Of a stretch of 64,000 bases of DNA, positions 30,293 to 44,608 are shown one piece after another. Position 1 is the stretch's first letter. Each line of letters opens with the position of its first letter. Source of the DNA: the human T2T-CHM13v2.0 reference genome, Homo sapiens; NCBI RefSeq assembly GCF_009914755.1, contig NC_060942.1; one strand, given 5' to 3'. The notes beneath the pieces were generated by a model. The model did not search any database, was not told the origin of the DNA, and saw nothing but the letters and a program-made list of their open reading frames with translations. The position numbers and the translations under genes were made by a program.

Positions 30293-30860
30293 CTGGGCTG
30301 TCCCTGACATTTATGGGAGCTGGGACAGGAGTCCAAATGGAGGCCAGCAAAAGAAATTTGTAAATATTTTGAAGTTGTTAATCAAGCTAAAAGTGTTAAG
30401 TGACAATTGTTTATCATGAAAAATATTCTTCATCAAGCTCTGAAGCCCAGATTCAAGTGTAGACGTCAGCACTTTTTAGGTCCTGTGCTGGAATGTAGCA
30501 GCGTGAAGAATTCAGGGCATTTTAGCCTGCTTTCTTTCTCATATCATACCTAGCTCTGACCCAAATTCTGGGACCTAATGCTCAGCTCATGTGCTAAGAT
30601 TCCACAGCCAAACTTCTAAGCTCTGTTTTCACTCACTTGTAAACAGCCACTCTTTGGTCATTGCCAGCACCTGGGGTTTGTACATTTTGGGAGTGTATTG
30701 TCTTCCCACTGGAATATGAACCCAGGAAAGAGGATGTGCTGCCCCAGAATCTGGCTTTAGAGACACTTGTGCAGGGAATTCTGTTGTCCTGGGTAACCTG
30801 AGGGTTGTCCAGCAGTGGGGGTAGGCTCTAAAGCATGGGGCTTAGAGCCCAGGATATGAA
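30293..30860. mobile_element. Possible hAT-Tip100 (MER115/Zaphod-like) relic
   Basis: Start CTGGGCTGTCCCTG...GAGTCCAAATGGAGGCC resembles recalled Tip100-type termini; weak. Confidence 0.3.
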
Positions 30861-31989
30861 CATACAGCAGATATTAATCACTTTAAGGAAGTGATCTAAC
30901 CATCCTATTCTTATTAGGAAACTTCATCAGTAATGATTGTGAATGTTTTCAAATGTGTCCTCAAATTGATATGATTGTATAAATTTTTCTTTTGTTCCAT
31001 TAAAATGATTTATTATATTAATAGATTTCCTAACATTGAACCATCCTTGCATTACTGTCATAAATCTCATTTGGCTATTTAGACTTTCTAAAGCCATGTT
31101 TCAAAGGAATTTAATTGAAATATAACAAAGCTACATCAAAGTATAAAACAACAAAGGTATAACATATGTGAGAAGATTATTTCAGTCAATTAAGAAGAAA
31201 TATGCCATGGAGAATCTTGTTATATTTGCAGTGAGAGAGGCAGCAAGCATTAGGAGATGAAGCCATTACAGGTTTTCATCTCTTGCTTACAAGGGCTCTG
31301 GGAACAAGCACCTCCTTGTAAAAAGCCACTTGTGAAAATTAAGTAAGTAATTACTTTTGGATGAAGGGGATATATATTACTTGATAATGAAACATCTACT
31401 TGGTCACAGTTACATTTTGAACAAGAGAACAAACTGGCTCCAATCTTACCCTATACTATATTCTCAGTCTTACTAGGAACCCACAAAAAATTCTAAAAGT
31501 TAGCTCTGGCCTAGTAACTTGTGACTTGCCATAGAGTCTTGGTAGTTCCATTTATTGTACAAGAAAAATATAATCAGCCTCAAGTCAGTGTAAAAGTTTA
31601 ATCACCACTTCATTTAACCTTTTCATTTACATGGTTGTTGCTGTTCTTGTCTTCAGTGATGTTCCAAACTATTAGTTTATTCAACATCTTCTTATCTATG
31701 TTTCCCCTATTGTTTTGGGAAGAATTAGGTTTCTGAGGATGATGAAAAGTTAGGATGAAGCTGTTTGCTGATTTGTCTGGGAACACACTGTCTGGCATTT
31801 AGCTGATACCTAATAAATACTCATTGAACAGAAACATTTAAAAAATATTTTTCCTGTAAATATTTACTACATTTTTCCTACTTTAAACACAATGCCCCAT
31901 AGCAAATGAAAATTCTGTAAACTTTATCTTTCTCAAGTTAATTAAAGAAAGGTTTGCCTCTCCCCTGGAGTGAGGAGAGGGTGTAAGCA

Positions 31990-32160
31990 TGATTTTCTGG
32001 TGCCTGGTTCAGAATTACCTGGGTAGCTTTAAACACTTGGATTCCTAAGCCATACCCTAAGTGTACTACTACATAAGATCTCTGGGGGTGGCACAGGGGA
32101 CAACTGTATTTTAGAGAGTTTCCTCAGGTAAGTCTTTCTGCACATCCAAGTTTTTGGCTG
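31990..32160. mobile_element. MER5-type hAT-Charlie MITE
   Basis: CAGAATTACCTGGG...ATCTCTGGGGGTGG...CTGTATTTT...TCCTCAGGT. Confidence 0.55.
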
Positions 32161-33224
32161 GGGGGTCCCAGATTTAACCTTCAGGCTTAGGGCACATACC
32201 AGTTACAGACTGGCTGTGGCAGCTCCATGGCTCTAGAAGAAAACACCAGCCTAGCTTTCCAGCACTTCTTTTGTCTGTTTTCTTTAAGCAGTGAGGCACT
32301 GGTGAAGGAAACACAAAATCTTATATAGACACTAATGAACTTCCTTCTATTTTATAACAAATAATCATGACATAGTAAATAAATTGTTTACAATCAGTAG
32401 TTGTGTCTTAGTGTCTAGCTGAGTATAGGTTCTGCAGGTGATAGCTGAATAGGATCCGGCTCTTTGCCTAAATTCATCCTCCTATGTTAACGTAGTAAAC
32501 ACACAGGGAATGGTGCCAGGGAAGGTCAGGTACTGTTCGTTCCCTGGCAGCAACGTTCTACTGACATCCTACTTTCATGCTTGGAGCTTAGTTTATATGT
32601 ATCAAGGTTGTTGGATTTCCAGGAAAGAATGAATCTGAAGCCATGTGTAATTTATAAATACTAGAATATTAAAAGATCATTCTAAGATGGTAAAATGTTT
32701 AAATACTGTAACATATGTAGACATAATTGAGTAATCAAAATTTTCGATGTACTTGCTTCATTCTACATGCAAAACCATCATTTCATCCTGTAATGAGAGA
32801 AATATTGCATTTATACTTCTCAGTTGTAACAGCTGAGCTGTTGCTTATGTTTATTTTCTAATGGGATGATGTTTAAAAGGCAAACAGAGGAGCTTGCTTT
32901 AATTGTTACAATAAATTTATCTTTACTATCAATTGAAAAATAATTTACTCTAAATGATATGATTTCTTAACATTAGTTATTGGAAGGAAGAAATAAACAG
33001 GAAGTAAATGAAATTAAGCTGTGGAGACAAGTAGGTTTCTGTGCAGAGATGATGCTATTTTTGTAAATAACTTTTCTTTTTCAAGAAATTAATACATACT
33101 ACTGAAGAATTTTTGGAAAATATAGAAAAATATAGAAACATATGAAGCATAAAATGAAAATTATTCTATTTCAGTTGTCTAACATACTAACTTGTTTTCG
33201 AGGGAAAGGAGAAAGTGGGAAAAA

Positions 33225-33775
<551 letters not shown>

Positions 33776-35049
33776 CAGAGTGATTTGTTTTCATGTCAAT
33801 TCTGCTTAGCTTTGGCACTAAAATAGATTTTCCTTTTCATACATATGAAAGTAGTTACTCAAAAATTGCACTTTTGTGTGTTAACTCTGATGGGTGAGTA
33901 TGGTCCGGACAGGAGAATCCAGGATTTTTCACTGACAGTGACTTGAAAGATACTTCAACGTAGGACTCCTTAGTGGGAAGAGAAAGGCTTGCACCAACCA
34001 CTTTCTAAGGAAAAGGATGTAGAGTTATCTGACTTGACTCTGTTCTGTGCAGAATAGAATCAGTGCAGGGGTCAAATGCAGAGTTAGAGATGCAGGCAAA
34101 ACCTGCCATTGTGTATGTGTGTTTTAAAAATAATTCCAGATGGGAAGCTAAAACGATAAATATTGTTTTCTGAAAATTAGTTTAAAAACCCATTTTCTTC
34201 TGCCCCCAAGCTGGTCCCAGGCAAAACTGCAGTTGTACATTTCCAGAGACATGCTGAAGTTAGGACCAAGGCCATGTGGTGTAGTGGGGGTGGGAAGTGT
34301 AGGTCAGGGTGGGAGGCGGGTTCCTGGCACAGGTGTTTCCAATCTGTATCCTCTCATGCACATCACCTGTGGGAGAGGAGCTATGCGGGAAAGCCCAACA
34401 TGAGAATGCACAAAAGAATTGCCTGGCTTGGCCAATACAGACAACATTGCCTCTTACTAAGCTCCTTGAATGCCTTGCCTCTTTCTCCTTGGTTTGCACA
34501 GGAAGGCGGGCTCCGGGCAGGATGAATAGCTGAGGCAGGCCAGACTCTTGTGCAACTACTGCCTCCTAAAATGGCGCCCACCAGCTGTGAAGCCCCATCA
34601 ACCTTGAACATTTGGTGGGAGGTGATGGTGAGAGATGTCTGCCTCCCTGCCAATGCCAGGATCCTTCTTATAGATGGAGATGAAGCTGGGGTACCCCTGG
34701 AATTCCTTGGCCTCTTTCCTGGACTATGTGGCACCATGTAGGCTCACAAGGCCAGATGGCAAAGAGGGTGAAAGTTACTTTCAGGCACCCAGCCTTTATT
34801 TTTCTTGTATTTCTTTCTCTTTTCTCAATGCCTGAATGCCCTTACCACTTATTCTGATCAAAGCTTGTTTCTACTTCCCTTATATCAATCTTTCCCCAAG
34901 ATGGGTATTCATGCTTCTGTGGGAAAGGAATTATTTGTAGCTGGTATTTGAACAAATATTGTTTATTTGAATAGTTATATAGAATTTAAGGTATTTACCA
35001 AATAGAAAAGATTAAATACATTCCAGATTTTTAATAGATATTATTGCGT

Positions 35050-35491
35050 GAGTTGTTGTTTTAGGTACAATAAACAATAAGCTGCTATAACAAAGAGGTC
35101 CCCAAGATACAGCATCTTAAATAAGAGTTCGTTTGTCTCTAATGTAGTTGCTGGAGCTTGGGTCCCTGAACTTGTTTAGGAACCTGTATTCTTTCCGTTA
35201 TGTCATTTCATTTAATTCTATGGCATTGTCATGAAGCTACCACATGACCTTACTATTTCTAACTTGTTAGAAGGGAGACAGAGAAGAATTTCATGTTAAG
35301 GGATTTCTTTTAAATAAGTAGAGGTTTCATATATTGCTTCTGTTGACATTCTGTTCTCACCTGGCTGTACCCTGCTGCAAGGATTACTGGGTGGCCGTGT
35401 CCACAGCTAGAACTCAGTGGTGTGGGGGTGCTCTCTTGCCCCTAAGAGGGGAAGAATGAAAACTAGGGGTCAGATGGCAATCTGTGCCACA
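35050..35491 (-). mobile_element. Old MLT1 (I/J/K-like) LTR
   Basis: AGCTGCTATAACAAA...GCTGCAAGG...TCTGTGCCACA antisense MaLR pattern. Confidence 0.55.
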
Positions 35492-35982
35492 GATTAAACA
35501 TGAATTTTGAGAAAACTAATAGATAACAAATAGTACAAATTGTACACAGATGGTGTAGAGCAAAATTGCAAAGGAGGTAAGGAAATGACTGAGGCTCAGG
35601 AAATACTGCACATGAATGATGGATAAAGTTTAAAATCTTCCCTTGGTTAACAAAACAGAAGACTAAGTGAAGTGCAGTGGAAAGCAGGTTGGGCTTGGAT
35701 CAAGCGATGTAAGTTCTAGCTTTCCGAACTTCCCTGGGCTGTGTGTTATGGGTCTGCCACTAACCTAATTTTAAATTAGGGTTAGTCATAATTTATTCTT
35801 GTGTCATAATCTGCAAGAAAAGGTATTGGATGAATGCTGAGGCTCCTTTCTTACTTAAAGTTCTTGTGAATTTCTCATTGTAGAGCTTCATCTTCAACAA
35901 CTTATAAGACAGGACATTTTTGGATGGATTAGATGCGTAGGCATCCCTGAACCCCAGAAATCTCTAATCTAGGTGGATAGTT

Positions 35983-36045
35983 TCTCTCTCTCTTTCTCTC
36001 TCTCTCTCACACACACACACATGCACACATGCACGTGCACACACA
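35983..36045. repeat. (CT)n(CA)n compound microsatellite
   Basis: Direct reading. Confidence 0.9.
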
Positions 36046-37088
36046 GTGGTGAAGTGGGCTTAGCACTTGTGAATTGATGCCCACAAAACCGCATACTCAG
36101 CCCACTCTTCTCTGCCCAATTCCCAGTTCCAATGTGATACCAAAGGGGTGGCCCCCCTGGGACAGTTACTGTAATTGCTGACAACATATGATCTATAATC
36201 TTCTCCTAGGCTTGGTTACAGAGGAATTCTGGGCTCTGTTTTTATTCTCCTCTTGGGAGGTGTGTGACAATTTTCCTTTTGCTGGTCAGCAATTAGAGGC
36301 TCCTGACAATGTGGTCGGCCAAAACACGCTCCCCAGAGGGAAGGAGAATCCCCTATATTTGGCAGTAAAGTTTCTCTTGATCTAGGCTTCCAGTGGCTTC
36401 TGATTCTCCTTTCTTTCCTGTTTTTGGGGATTTTTTTTTTTTTTCAAATAGAGATTGAATAGTGAAATGCTGGGATTTTTGTAAAACCTTGAAAGCAATA
36501 CACAGGAAACAAGTTGTTAAATTCAAGAAACATGTGATAAACTCATACTATGCTGGGCACTATTCTAGGTATAGGAAGATAAGGAGAAAAGACATCGTCG
36601 CTACCCTAAGTTGCTCATGAATCTTTCCATGGTAGTTTAGGGGTAACCTGTCTTGAGACAGCAAAATTGACCAGTGACATTTTTCAAAGTGTTTTATGGC
36701 ACTCTTGACTTCCAGAGAAACTTGACAAGGATCTGGGGCTACTCTACAAGTGAAATTAAAACTTTAAATATCCTTATGAACTTGTGAATGTTTTTCTAAA
36801 TTATAAGGATGACAAAGAAAGAATTTCCTAACCTAATTCCTTTCCACTCTTCTTGCTTATGAAACTTCAATCAACAATGAGTGAGGATCACATAGGAAAT
36901 TGAGTATAAATGTTGCTATTCATAGTGATACATTTTTCATTCAACTTTCTTTATCATTCGGAGGAAAAAAAGGAAAGAAGAATGTCCATGACATTCACAG
37001 TTTTATCCTCAAGCTTTTTTTTAACCATAGTTTTATTTTATTATTTTTCTGATAATTACAATAACAATAACAATAATAAATGTAAATG

Positions 37089-37350
37089 AGGTAGCTTTTT
37101 TCATTGGTTATGAGTGTGGACTCTGCAGCCAGATTATCTGGGTTTGAATCCTAACCTTGTGATTTACTAGTCATGTGGCCTGGGGGAAGTTGCATAAAGT
37201 CTCTGTGCCTCAGTTTTTCCATCTGTAAAATTGGGTCAATCATTATACCTACCTCCTTGCATTATTGTGAGGAAAATAAGTCTATATTTTTAAAGTAAAA
37301 GTATTTAGAACAATGCCTGGCATGTATTAAATAATTAGAAATGTTTACTA
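37089..37350 (+). mobile_element. MIR, near full length
   Basis: GGACTCTGCAGCCAGA..CTGGGTTTGAATCC...CTCTGTGCCTCAGTTTTTCCATCTGTAAAAT. Confidence 0.85.
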
Positions 37351-37617
37351 AACAAATAAATGAATATAAAATTCAAATCCCCTTAACACAAATTATTGAC
37401 TGTAAGCTGGTATTCATTTCTTACTATGTGTTATGTGTGTATATCCGTTTATACTTAACTTTTTATCTCTTGATCAAGTTAGTGCAATTTAATTGTTTTA
37501 ATATATAAATGTGACTAAAAGTTTTGCAAAACCCCTGGACTAGGTGCTTTCTAAAAATATATTTCAGGTCAATAATTTAATCATTCTCTGAATGTAGTAA
37601 AATTCCATGGGATCTTT

Positions 37618-37755
37618 GTGTGTGTGTGTGTGTGTGTGTGTGGTTTTAAGGCACGGAGAGTTTAATAGGTTAGAAGGGAGAAGACAGTAGGAAGAAGCTC
37701 CCCCATACAGAGACAGAGGGCGGGGGGCTGCAAAGCTGAAAGAGGAGGTCCCCTG
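37618..37755 (-). mobile_element. Retroposed ERV1-LTR fragment (MER61/LTR25-like R region) with (CA)n tail and TSD
   Basis: TSD ATGGGATCTTT at 37607-17 and 37756-66; minus-strand ATTAAA about 20 nt before the tail; body CCCTCTGTCTCTGTATGGGGGAGCTTCTTCC. Confidence 0.7.
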
Positions 37756-37977
37756 ATGGGATCTTTTAAAAATAGGTCAGAGGCATTCTGTTTATAAATC
37801 TTACTCATGATTGTGAAGCAGGCTGTTTTCCTTGTCCACTATTTCTCTCTCTCTCTCTGACTGATGGAATGCAGCTAGCATTTCCATATGGAAATGCTGC
37901 ATAAATTTTGTTGGAGAATTCATGAATGCCTAAAAGATTTTACGTTCCAAAAGGGGAGGAAAAAAACTCTATCACTA

Positions 37978-38317
<340 letters not shown>

Positions 38318-38894
38318 TCATTGAAAGGCGGTATTTAGGGTAGGGTTTTAGTGGAGAATGTATGTATGTGGATATGGCAGGAAGGAACATGGTGAAACCA
38401 ATTCTGGATTCACCGAGTTGGGGATGCCTGTAGGATGTTCAAGTGGAGGGGCCATGAGGGGCCTGAGAGAAGTTAGGGCAGGCAAAAGCTGTCGGCGTCT
38501 TCTGCCTAGAGGTAGCAGGTGAGGCCTGAGAGTGGAGGAGAATAGATTGGAGGCTGTTTAAGTTTTCTCTCCAGCTTGTAGTATCCTCCCCTCCCTTCTT
38601 CTCCGTCTCAATCCTGGCATCCATCTTCTCTCACTATTCTCAGATTCTTCCAGTGCAGATGTCATAGATTTCTTAACTTATTTTCATGAAGGTGTCAATG
38701 ATGCGATGCTTTATCTTTGCATGTTGAAAAAGAATGCTAGCAGAGGGCAGTGCTTAACTCAAAGTTTAGCAAACACAACTTAATGCTAGAATTTTAGACC
38801 ACGTAGTATTTTGTTCAGGGGAGAGTTTTGGGGTACAGGGTGGAGTACATGCCTTCCTGTTGTAGTTCAGAATACACCTAGTAAAGAACCAATA

Positions 38895-39232
38895 CAGTCG
38901 TCCCTCGTTATCCGTTGGATTGGTTCCAAGAAGCCTGCAGATAGATGCCAGAATTCATGGATGCTCAAGCCCCAGTATAAAATGGTGTCGTATTTGCATA
39001 TCACCTACACACATCCTCCCATATACTTTAAGTCATCTTTAGATTACTTATAATACCTAATACAACATAAACACTATGTAAATAGTTGTTACACTGTATT
39101 GTTTGGGGAATAATGACAAGAAAAAAGTCTGTACATGTCCAGACAGCTGCAGCCATCCATTTTGTTTTGAATATTTTCCATCCACGGTTGGTTGAGTCCA
39201 TGGATGCACACTGTATCCGTGGAGGCTGGCTG
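38895..39232 (+). mobile_element. MER2 (TcMar-Tigger MITE)
   Basis: TA|CAGTCGTCCCTCG..TATCCG...CTG|TA termini; internal TATTTGCATAT.ACCTACACACATCCTCCC. Confidence 0.9.
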
Positions 39233-39572
39233 TATCTTGTTTCTGTGAATGATGTGCTGGTTGGGAATGTTAATTCCATCCACAGTAGAGAAGACAAAAT
39301 TCCCCTCTGTCTTGCTATCTGGCTTCCACCCAGAAGCACTTTTCTGCTGTTTTCGGAGTCACCTTTCCCCCACTGTGAAGCTCCATGACCAGGTCTTTAT
39401 GAAAACTGTAGCTACACAGCGCTGCCCTGCTTTCTGAGTCCAACAGGAAAACTCTGCTGACGAACATGCCTACAGAAGTAGAATTTTGGACCCCAAATCA
39501 CAAAGTTCCCCCTATTTTGCTTTTATCCCTTTTCTCATGCTGCTTTTGCTTCTCTTTTTAAATTTACTTTAA

Positions 39573-39856
<284 letters not shown>

Positions 39857-39859
39857 AAC

Positions 39860-40325
39860 TTTTTAATTTTTAATTTTTATGGATACATAGTAGATGTATA
39901 TATTTATGGGGTATATGGGATATTTTGACACAGGCATTCAGTGTATAATAATCATATCAGAGTAAATGGAGTATCTATCACCTCAAACATTTATTCTTTG
40001 CATTACAAACAATCCAATTATACTCTTTTAGTTATTTTTAGATATACAATTAAATTATTTTTGACTATAGTCACCCTGTTATGCTATCAAATACTAGATC
40101 TTACTCATTCCTTCTAACTATCTTTTTTGTACCCATTAACTATTCTGCCTCACCGCCCCACTACCCTTCCCAGCCTCTGGTAACCATCCTTCTACTCTGT
40201 CTGCATGAGTTCAACAGTTTTAATTTTTAGCTCCCACAAATAATTGAGAACATGTGAAGTCTGTCTTTCTGTGCCTGGCTTATTTCACTTAACATAATGA
40301 GCCCCAGTTCCATCCAAGTTGTTGC
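39860..40325 (-). mobile_element. L1MA-type 3' end
   Basis: GGATACATAGTAGATGTATATATTTATGGGG...CCAGCCTCTGGTAACCATCCTTCTACTCT...GCCTGGCTTATTTCACTTAACATAATG. Confidence 0.88.
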
Positions 40326-40429
40326 CTTTCTCTTCCTTTTTCTCCGGCATTCACTTATTCATTCCCTGTCTGTCTGTGACTATAGCATACAAAGAACTGA
40401 TGGATATTTAAGACAGGGTTTCTGCTTAA

Positions 40430-40650
40430 GGAGTTTATCATGTATCAGATACGGTGGGCATTAATGTTTTACCAAAGAGTTCTGGTTCTTTCCTTTTCTA
40501 CATACATGATAGGATTATTTAGTATCCAGGTTGTCCTCATTTTACTATCGAGGAAATAATGTTCAGAACATGTAAGTAACTTGTCTGGTGTCACACTGCT
40601 CAGGTTCATCTGATGCTACAATCTGCTATTTCTATTGCGCCGTACTGTGT
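40430..40650 (-). mobile_element. MIR
   Basis: CCTCATTTTAC...GAGGAAA...TAAGTAACTTGTCTGGTGTCACAC. Confidence 0.55.
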
Positions 40651-43600
40651 TTAGAGCGGATGGGTATGTGGACAGGTCATGTTTTGGGAATGGGCATTCC
40701 AGGTTGAGAGGTGGGACAGGAAAAGTGCCAGATATGTTTTCGAATCTGTTAGGCAGTTCAACTCATCAAATAGCAGAAAAGACTGTGTGCCAGGAGGCGG
40801 CAGGGGGTGACGCTGAGGTGTAGGCAGCCTCAAATGCCAGGATGAGGAATTTGGAATTGCTTCCATTTCTACCGATATGTTTTCACAAATAGGTCATATC
40901 TCATTCCTATTTGTATTTTTGACTTTCTGAAGAATTTTTCCTCTCTGTTAAAGATGAGCAAGATAAAATGGTCTAAAGTGGCAGAGTGAGGGGTTTAGGT
41001 GAGATAGTCACTCACCTGCTAAGGACTATGCGTGATTCTAGGTGCTGGGGGCACCACATTAGACAACACAATACCTGTCCTCTTAGAGTGGGGAGTCCAG
41101 AGGTACCAGGAAAATGGTGATTAATCCTGGAATAGCTCATGGGAGAGAATTTAGCGTGCCTCTCTCTGGAGGACAGACGCTCATATATCTTGAGGAGTTT
41201 AATAATGAGGTTGTCTTACTGTAAAAAACAGAGAAGGAGATGGGATTGAGAAGGCAATTTTTATAAGTGGAAGGTTGGAAGAAAAGGCTTTACAATTCCA
41301 AGAATGTAATGAATGCATATTCTATTGTCATTAAGGAGGGAGACTAAACCGGCGGGGGATTTTTTTTTTCTTTAAAGCTTCTTCGGGAAGAAACAGTGTG
41401 GAGTAACTGAAAATCATGCAATTAGATGAAGCAGGAGTTTTGGCATCTTGCTTGAAGCCTGCTGAGCTGGAAGGCCTGTGACTGAAGGTCAAGGAGAGTG
41501 TGCAAGCAGATATGGATTAATAAACACACTGGAGTGTCTTACTGAGATAGTAATATTTGGATTATAAAACACTTTTAAAAACTATTTGAGCCCATGATTA
41601 ATTGAGGCTCACAAATTTCAAGCAGTGAAATGTGTTTTACTGCAATTGCTATTAAGAACTCCTATCAGCTATCCGATTCCTTGATTTCCCTAGTGAATTT
41701 TATAATCTAAATTAAACAGAGAATGGTATAAATTTTCCCTTTTTTTGGGTAGCTGATTAAAACCAATATCATCTCAATTTACTGTTACATAGTAGTTATA
41801 TCTGACTCTATGGAACAATTTATGTATCTGATTACTTCCAATATTTTTATGAATTGATCATAAGCCAATTTGAAAACTTACTGATCTAAAATAAGTTCGG
41901 TAATAACAAAACATACTGCTTGAAAGAATTATTAATAAAATAAATCAGGATGCATAGAAATTGGCATCTCTCCCTGTATAAATTATATTGTCATGAGACT
42001 GTGAATCATTTCTTATGACATATTTCTAACTCCACGTTCTGTGGTAGTGGCTTCATCACCAATTCGTAAGTATACCAGAATAAGGGAAACTATTTTCTCA
42101 ACGGATTTTTTTCTTAAACCATTTTCAAAAGAAACAGAACAGAAACAAGAGAACGAAGAAATTCATATTTTATACAATTGGCAGAACTGCCTAAAAATGC
42201 TACTGTAGTTTGATGACAATAGCTTTAGTTTCTGAATAAGCATACATGCTATTTCAGGTGTAATAGAAGTTTGCGAATGGAGATTTTCTCATGTTTTTCA
42301 AAAGAAGAATGCTTGCACACAAATAACACAGGCAACTCATCATGAAAGACTTGAGATGGAGAAAAAAATGACAAAGAATATTTTCATTCCCTATAAGCAC
42401 AGCTGTCTACTCGCATTACAGAACAGAAACTGAATGGAGGAGGGAAAAGCAAAGAGTGCTTTGGGATGTTCATGCAGTCACAATCCCGGGAATAAAGTGA
42501 AACTTTCTCAGGAGAAGCAGGGCTGTTTGTTCTGACCTCCTCTCCTCCCTCTCACAAGCACCGCTGGGCTTTTCTCAACAGGGCTGGGAAGTGTGCTTTC
42601 CTTGGGGTGCAGGAGAGAGTGACATCTGCTTCTCCTACATCTCCCAGGAATTTGCTGAAGGTCCAGGAAAGAATTTTTATTCTGTATGTGAGTCAGTTGG
42701 ATTAACGTTATGGAGTGTCTGTGACAAACCACAGATAGTGGGAGAGGTGATGGGTTTGGCAGGGATGTGTTGCTGAATTCTCCTTCTGTCCCTTAGTCTC
42801 ACCCTCCAGAAAGTCCAGGATCCTTGTTCTGTTGCTGGTACCCAGAAAGGCTGCTGCTTCCCATCTCCCACCCGCTGTGTAAACATACTACGGAACAATG
42901 GACTTTCCTGACCTTCACTGTGCTTTACTGGTTCTACTCAGTTTCTCCCTGGGAGTTGGGTTATAACCCTGAAGACCACATGGCACTTGAGCAGTCCAGA
43001 TTCTGTTGTTTGACAGTGATCTGTCCGGATGGCAGCTATCCCTCCCCACTAGTTCTTGAAGATTTCTCCTTTTCTAGCATGATCCGTGTGTTGTGTGACA
43101 ATTACCACCTCTCTCTGTGCACATCTGTCTCCCTCACCTTCTTACGATGTCCATACATTGCTGTGTTTACTTGATCAAGGGATCTGAATTCATGGTGGCG
43201 AGTGGCACCAGACAGTGCATCTAAATAATGCAATGTTACCCAGCACTGGAAGGAGGCTGGGGTCAGCCAGAAGAACACTGAAAATAGGAAGAAGCTTAGG
43301 AGGCCAAGGAATGTGTTCCTAGGTGGGCAGGAGGACAGCAAAGTTCCTGGTAATGGCATAGAAACCAGGAACCTGTCTTTAAGAGGATAGGAAGTCTGTT
43401 GGGTTTGGAAGGCTGGCCAAGGAGGAGCAATCTCTACCCAGAACATGTAAAGACAGTACACAACTGGACACAGGTCAACAGATGGCTTTGATATTTAGAG
43501 AACAGATGTTTAAAAGAGTCATGCAAGGAATGTTCACAGAAGAAAGCAGGTATTGTTATGGAAGCTGAGGGGGTAGGACATTTGCGTAAGGCAGAGGACT

Positions 43601-44486
43601 GGAAGTGGGTTTTCTGTGGTGTGGAAATGACTTCTTTATACCCACATATGAGCCCCCAAATAAGAAGAGATCCCTCCATCAAAAAACTGACTTCTTACTC
43701 ATCTTTCATATTACAGGGTACTCTTGATTACTTTTTAAAATTCAATTTTTTTCTAAAAAAGTATGAATTAGAGAACATGTAGCCTTAAGATGAGTAAAAA
43801 TGTGTAAAACTCTTAATAGAATTTTACATGCTTGCAGATATTATTTAATGGAATTTTATGTACATACATAATTTAATATATTTTATATTTATTTATATGA
43901 TTTAATATATAACATATAATTTTATATATGAATAACAAAATTTAAGATATATTGATTTAACATAATTTAGTGATCATTCCTAGAAGTATTCATTTATTTT
44001 AAAATAAGTATCAGCCCATCTATGTACCAGACACTGTTCTAAGAAGGAGATAGAATTATAAAAAAGGAGACAAGATTTCTGTCCCTGCAGGGAAGAGAAG
44101 GTCTCTGAAGATGAGCTCTATGGAGAAAAATAAAGCAGGTAAAGGGAGTAGTTTTAGATACAAGCTTTGGATGATGTTGTAAAAGTCTTTAAAACACCAC
44201 TTTAAAAGCCATGCAGTCAAAGGTTATGTTGTGGAGTTCACAAATATACGCCCACAATATGAATGAGACATTATACCAAATGTTATGCCTATTTTTATGT
44301 CAAGGGACAATTGTGACTTATATTAACATTTCCTAAGATCACATGAAATGTGGACTAAAAAATGCTCAGCCAGGTTAGATGACTCAGGAGGGTATTATGG
44401 TGAGAACATCAACATAGAAGATATACATAAAGAGCTCAGATAGAATTGTTTGATGGTATGTGAATGGAAATGAGTCATGTTCCCAC

Positions 44487-44608
44487 CAGTGTATTTTATA
44501 TATTGTGGTCTTCAAGTTTGTCTGTGACCATAAATCAATAAATTAAACAGTATATTTTATATATCGTGATCTTCAAGTTTTCCTGTGAACATAAATTAAT
44601 AAATTGAA
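44487..44608. repeat. 61-bp tandem duplication (53/61 identical)
   Basis: Units 44487-44547 and 44548-44608 aligned by eye; 8 substitutions, no indels. Confidence 0.9.

Larger units (their letters stand above)
28400..31080 (-). mobile_element. Ancient L1ME-type fragments (interrupted by Alu and a DNA-transposon-like segment)
   Basis: TTTAACCAATCC...GATGGACATTTTGGTTGTTT; ACAATCATATCATCT; ACATTGAACCATCCTTGCATT. Confidence 0.6.

Noticed and set aside
43855-43970. AT-rich low-complexity tract (similar at 7790-7930)
   Set aside because: Ordinary degenerate (TA)n-type sequence with no long perfect symmetry seen.
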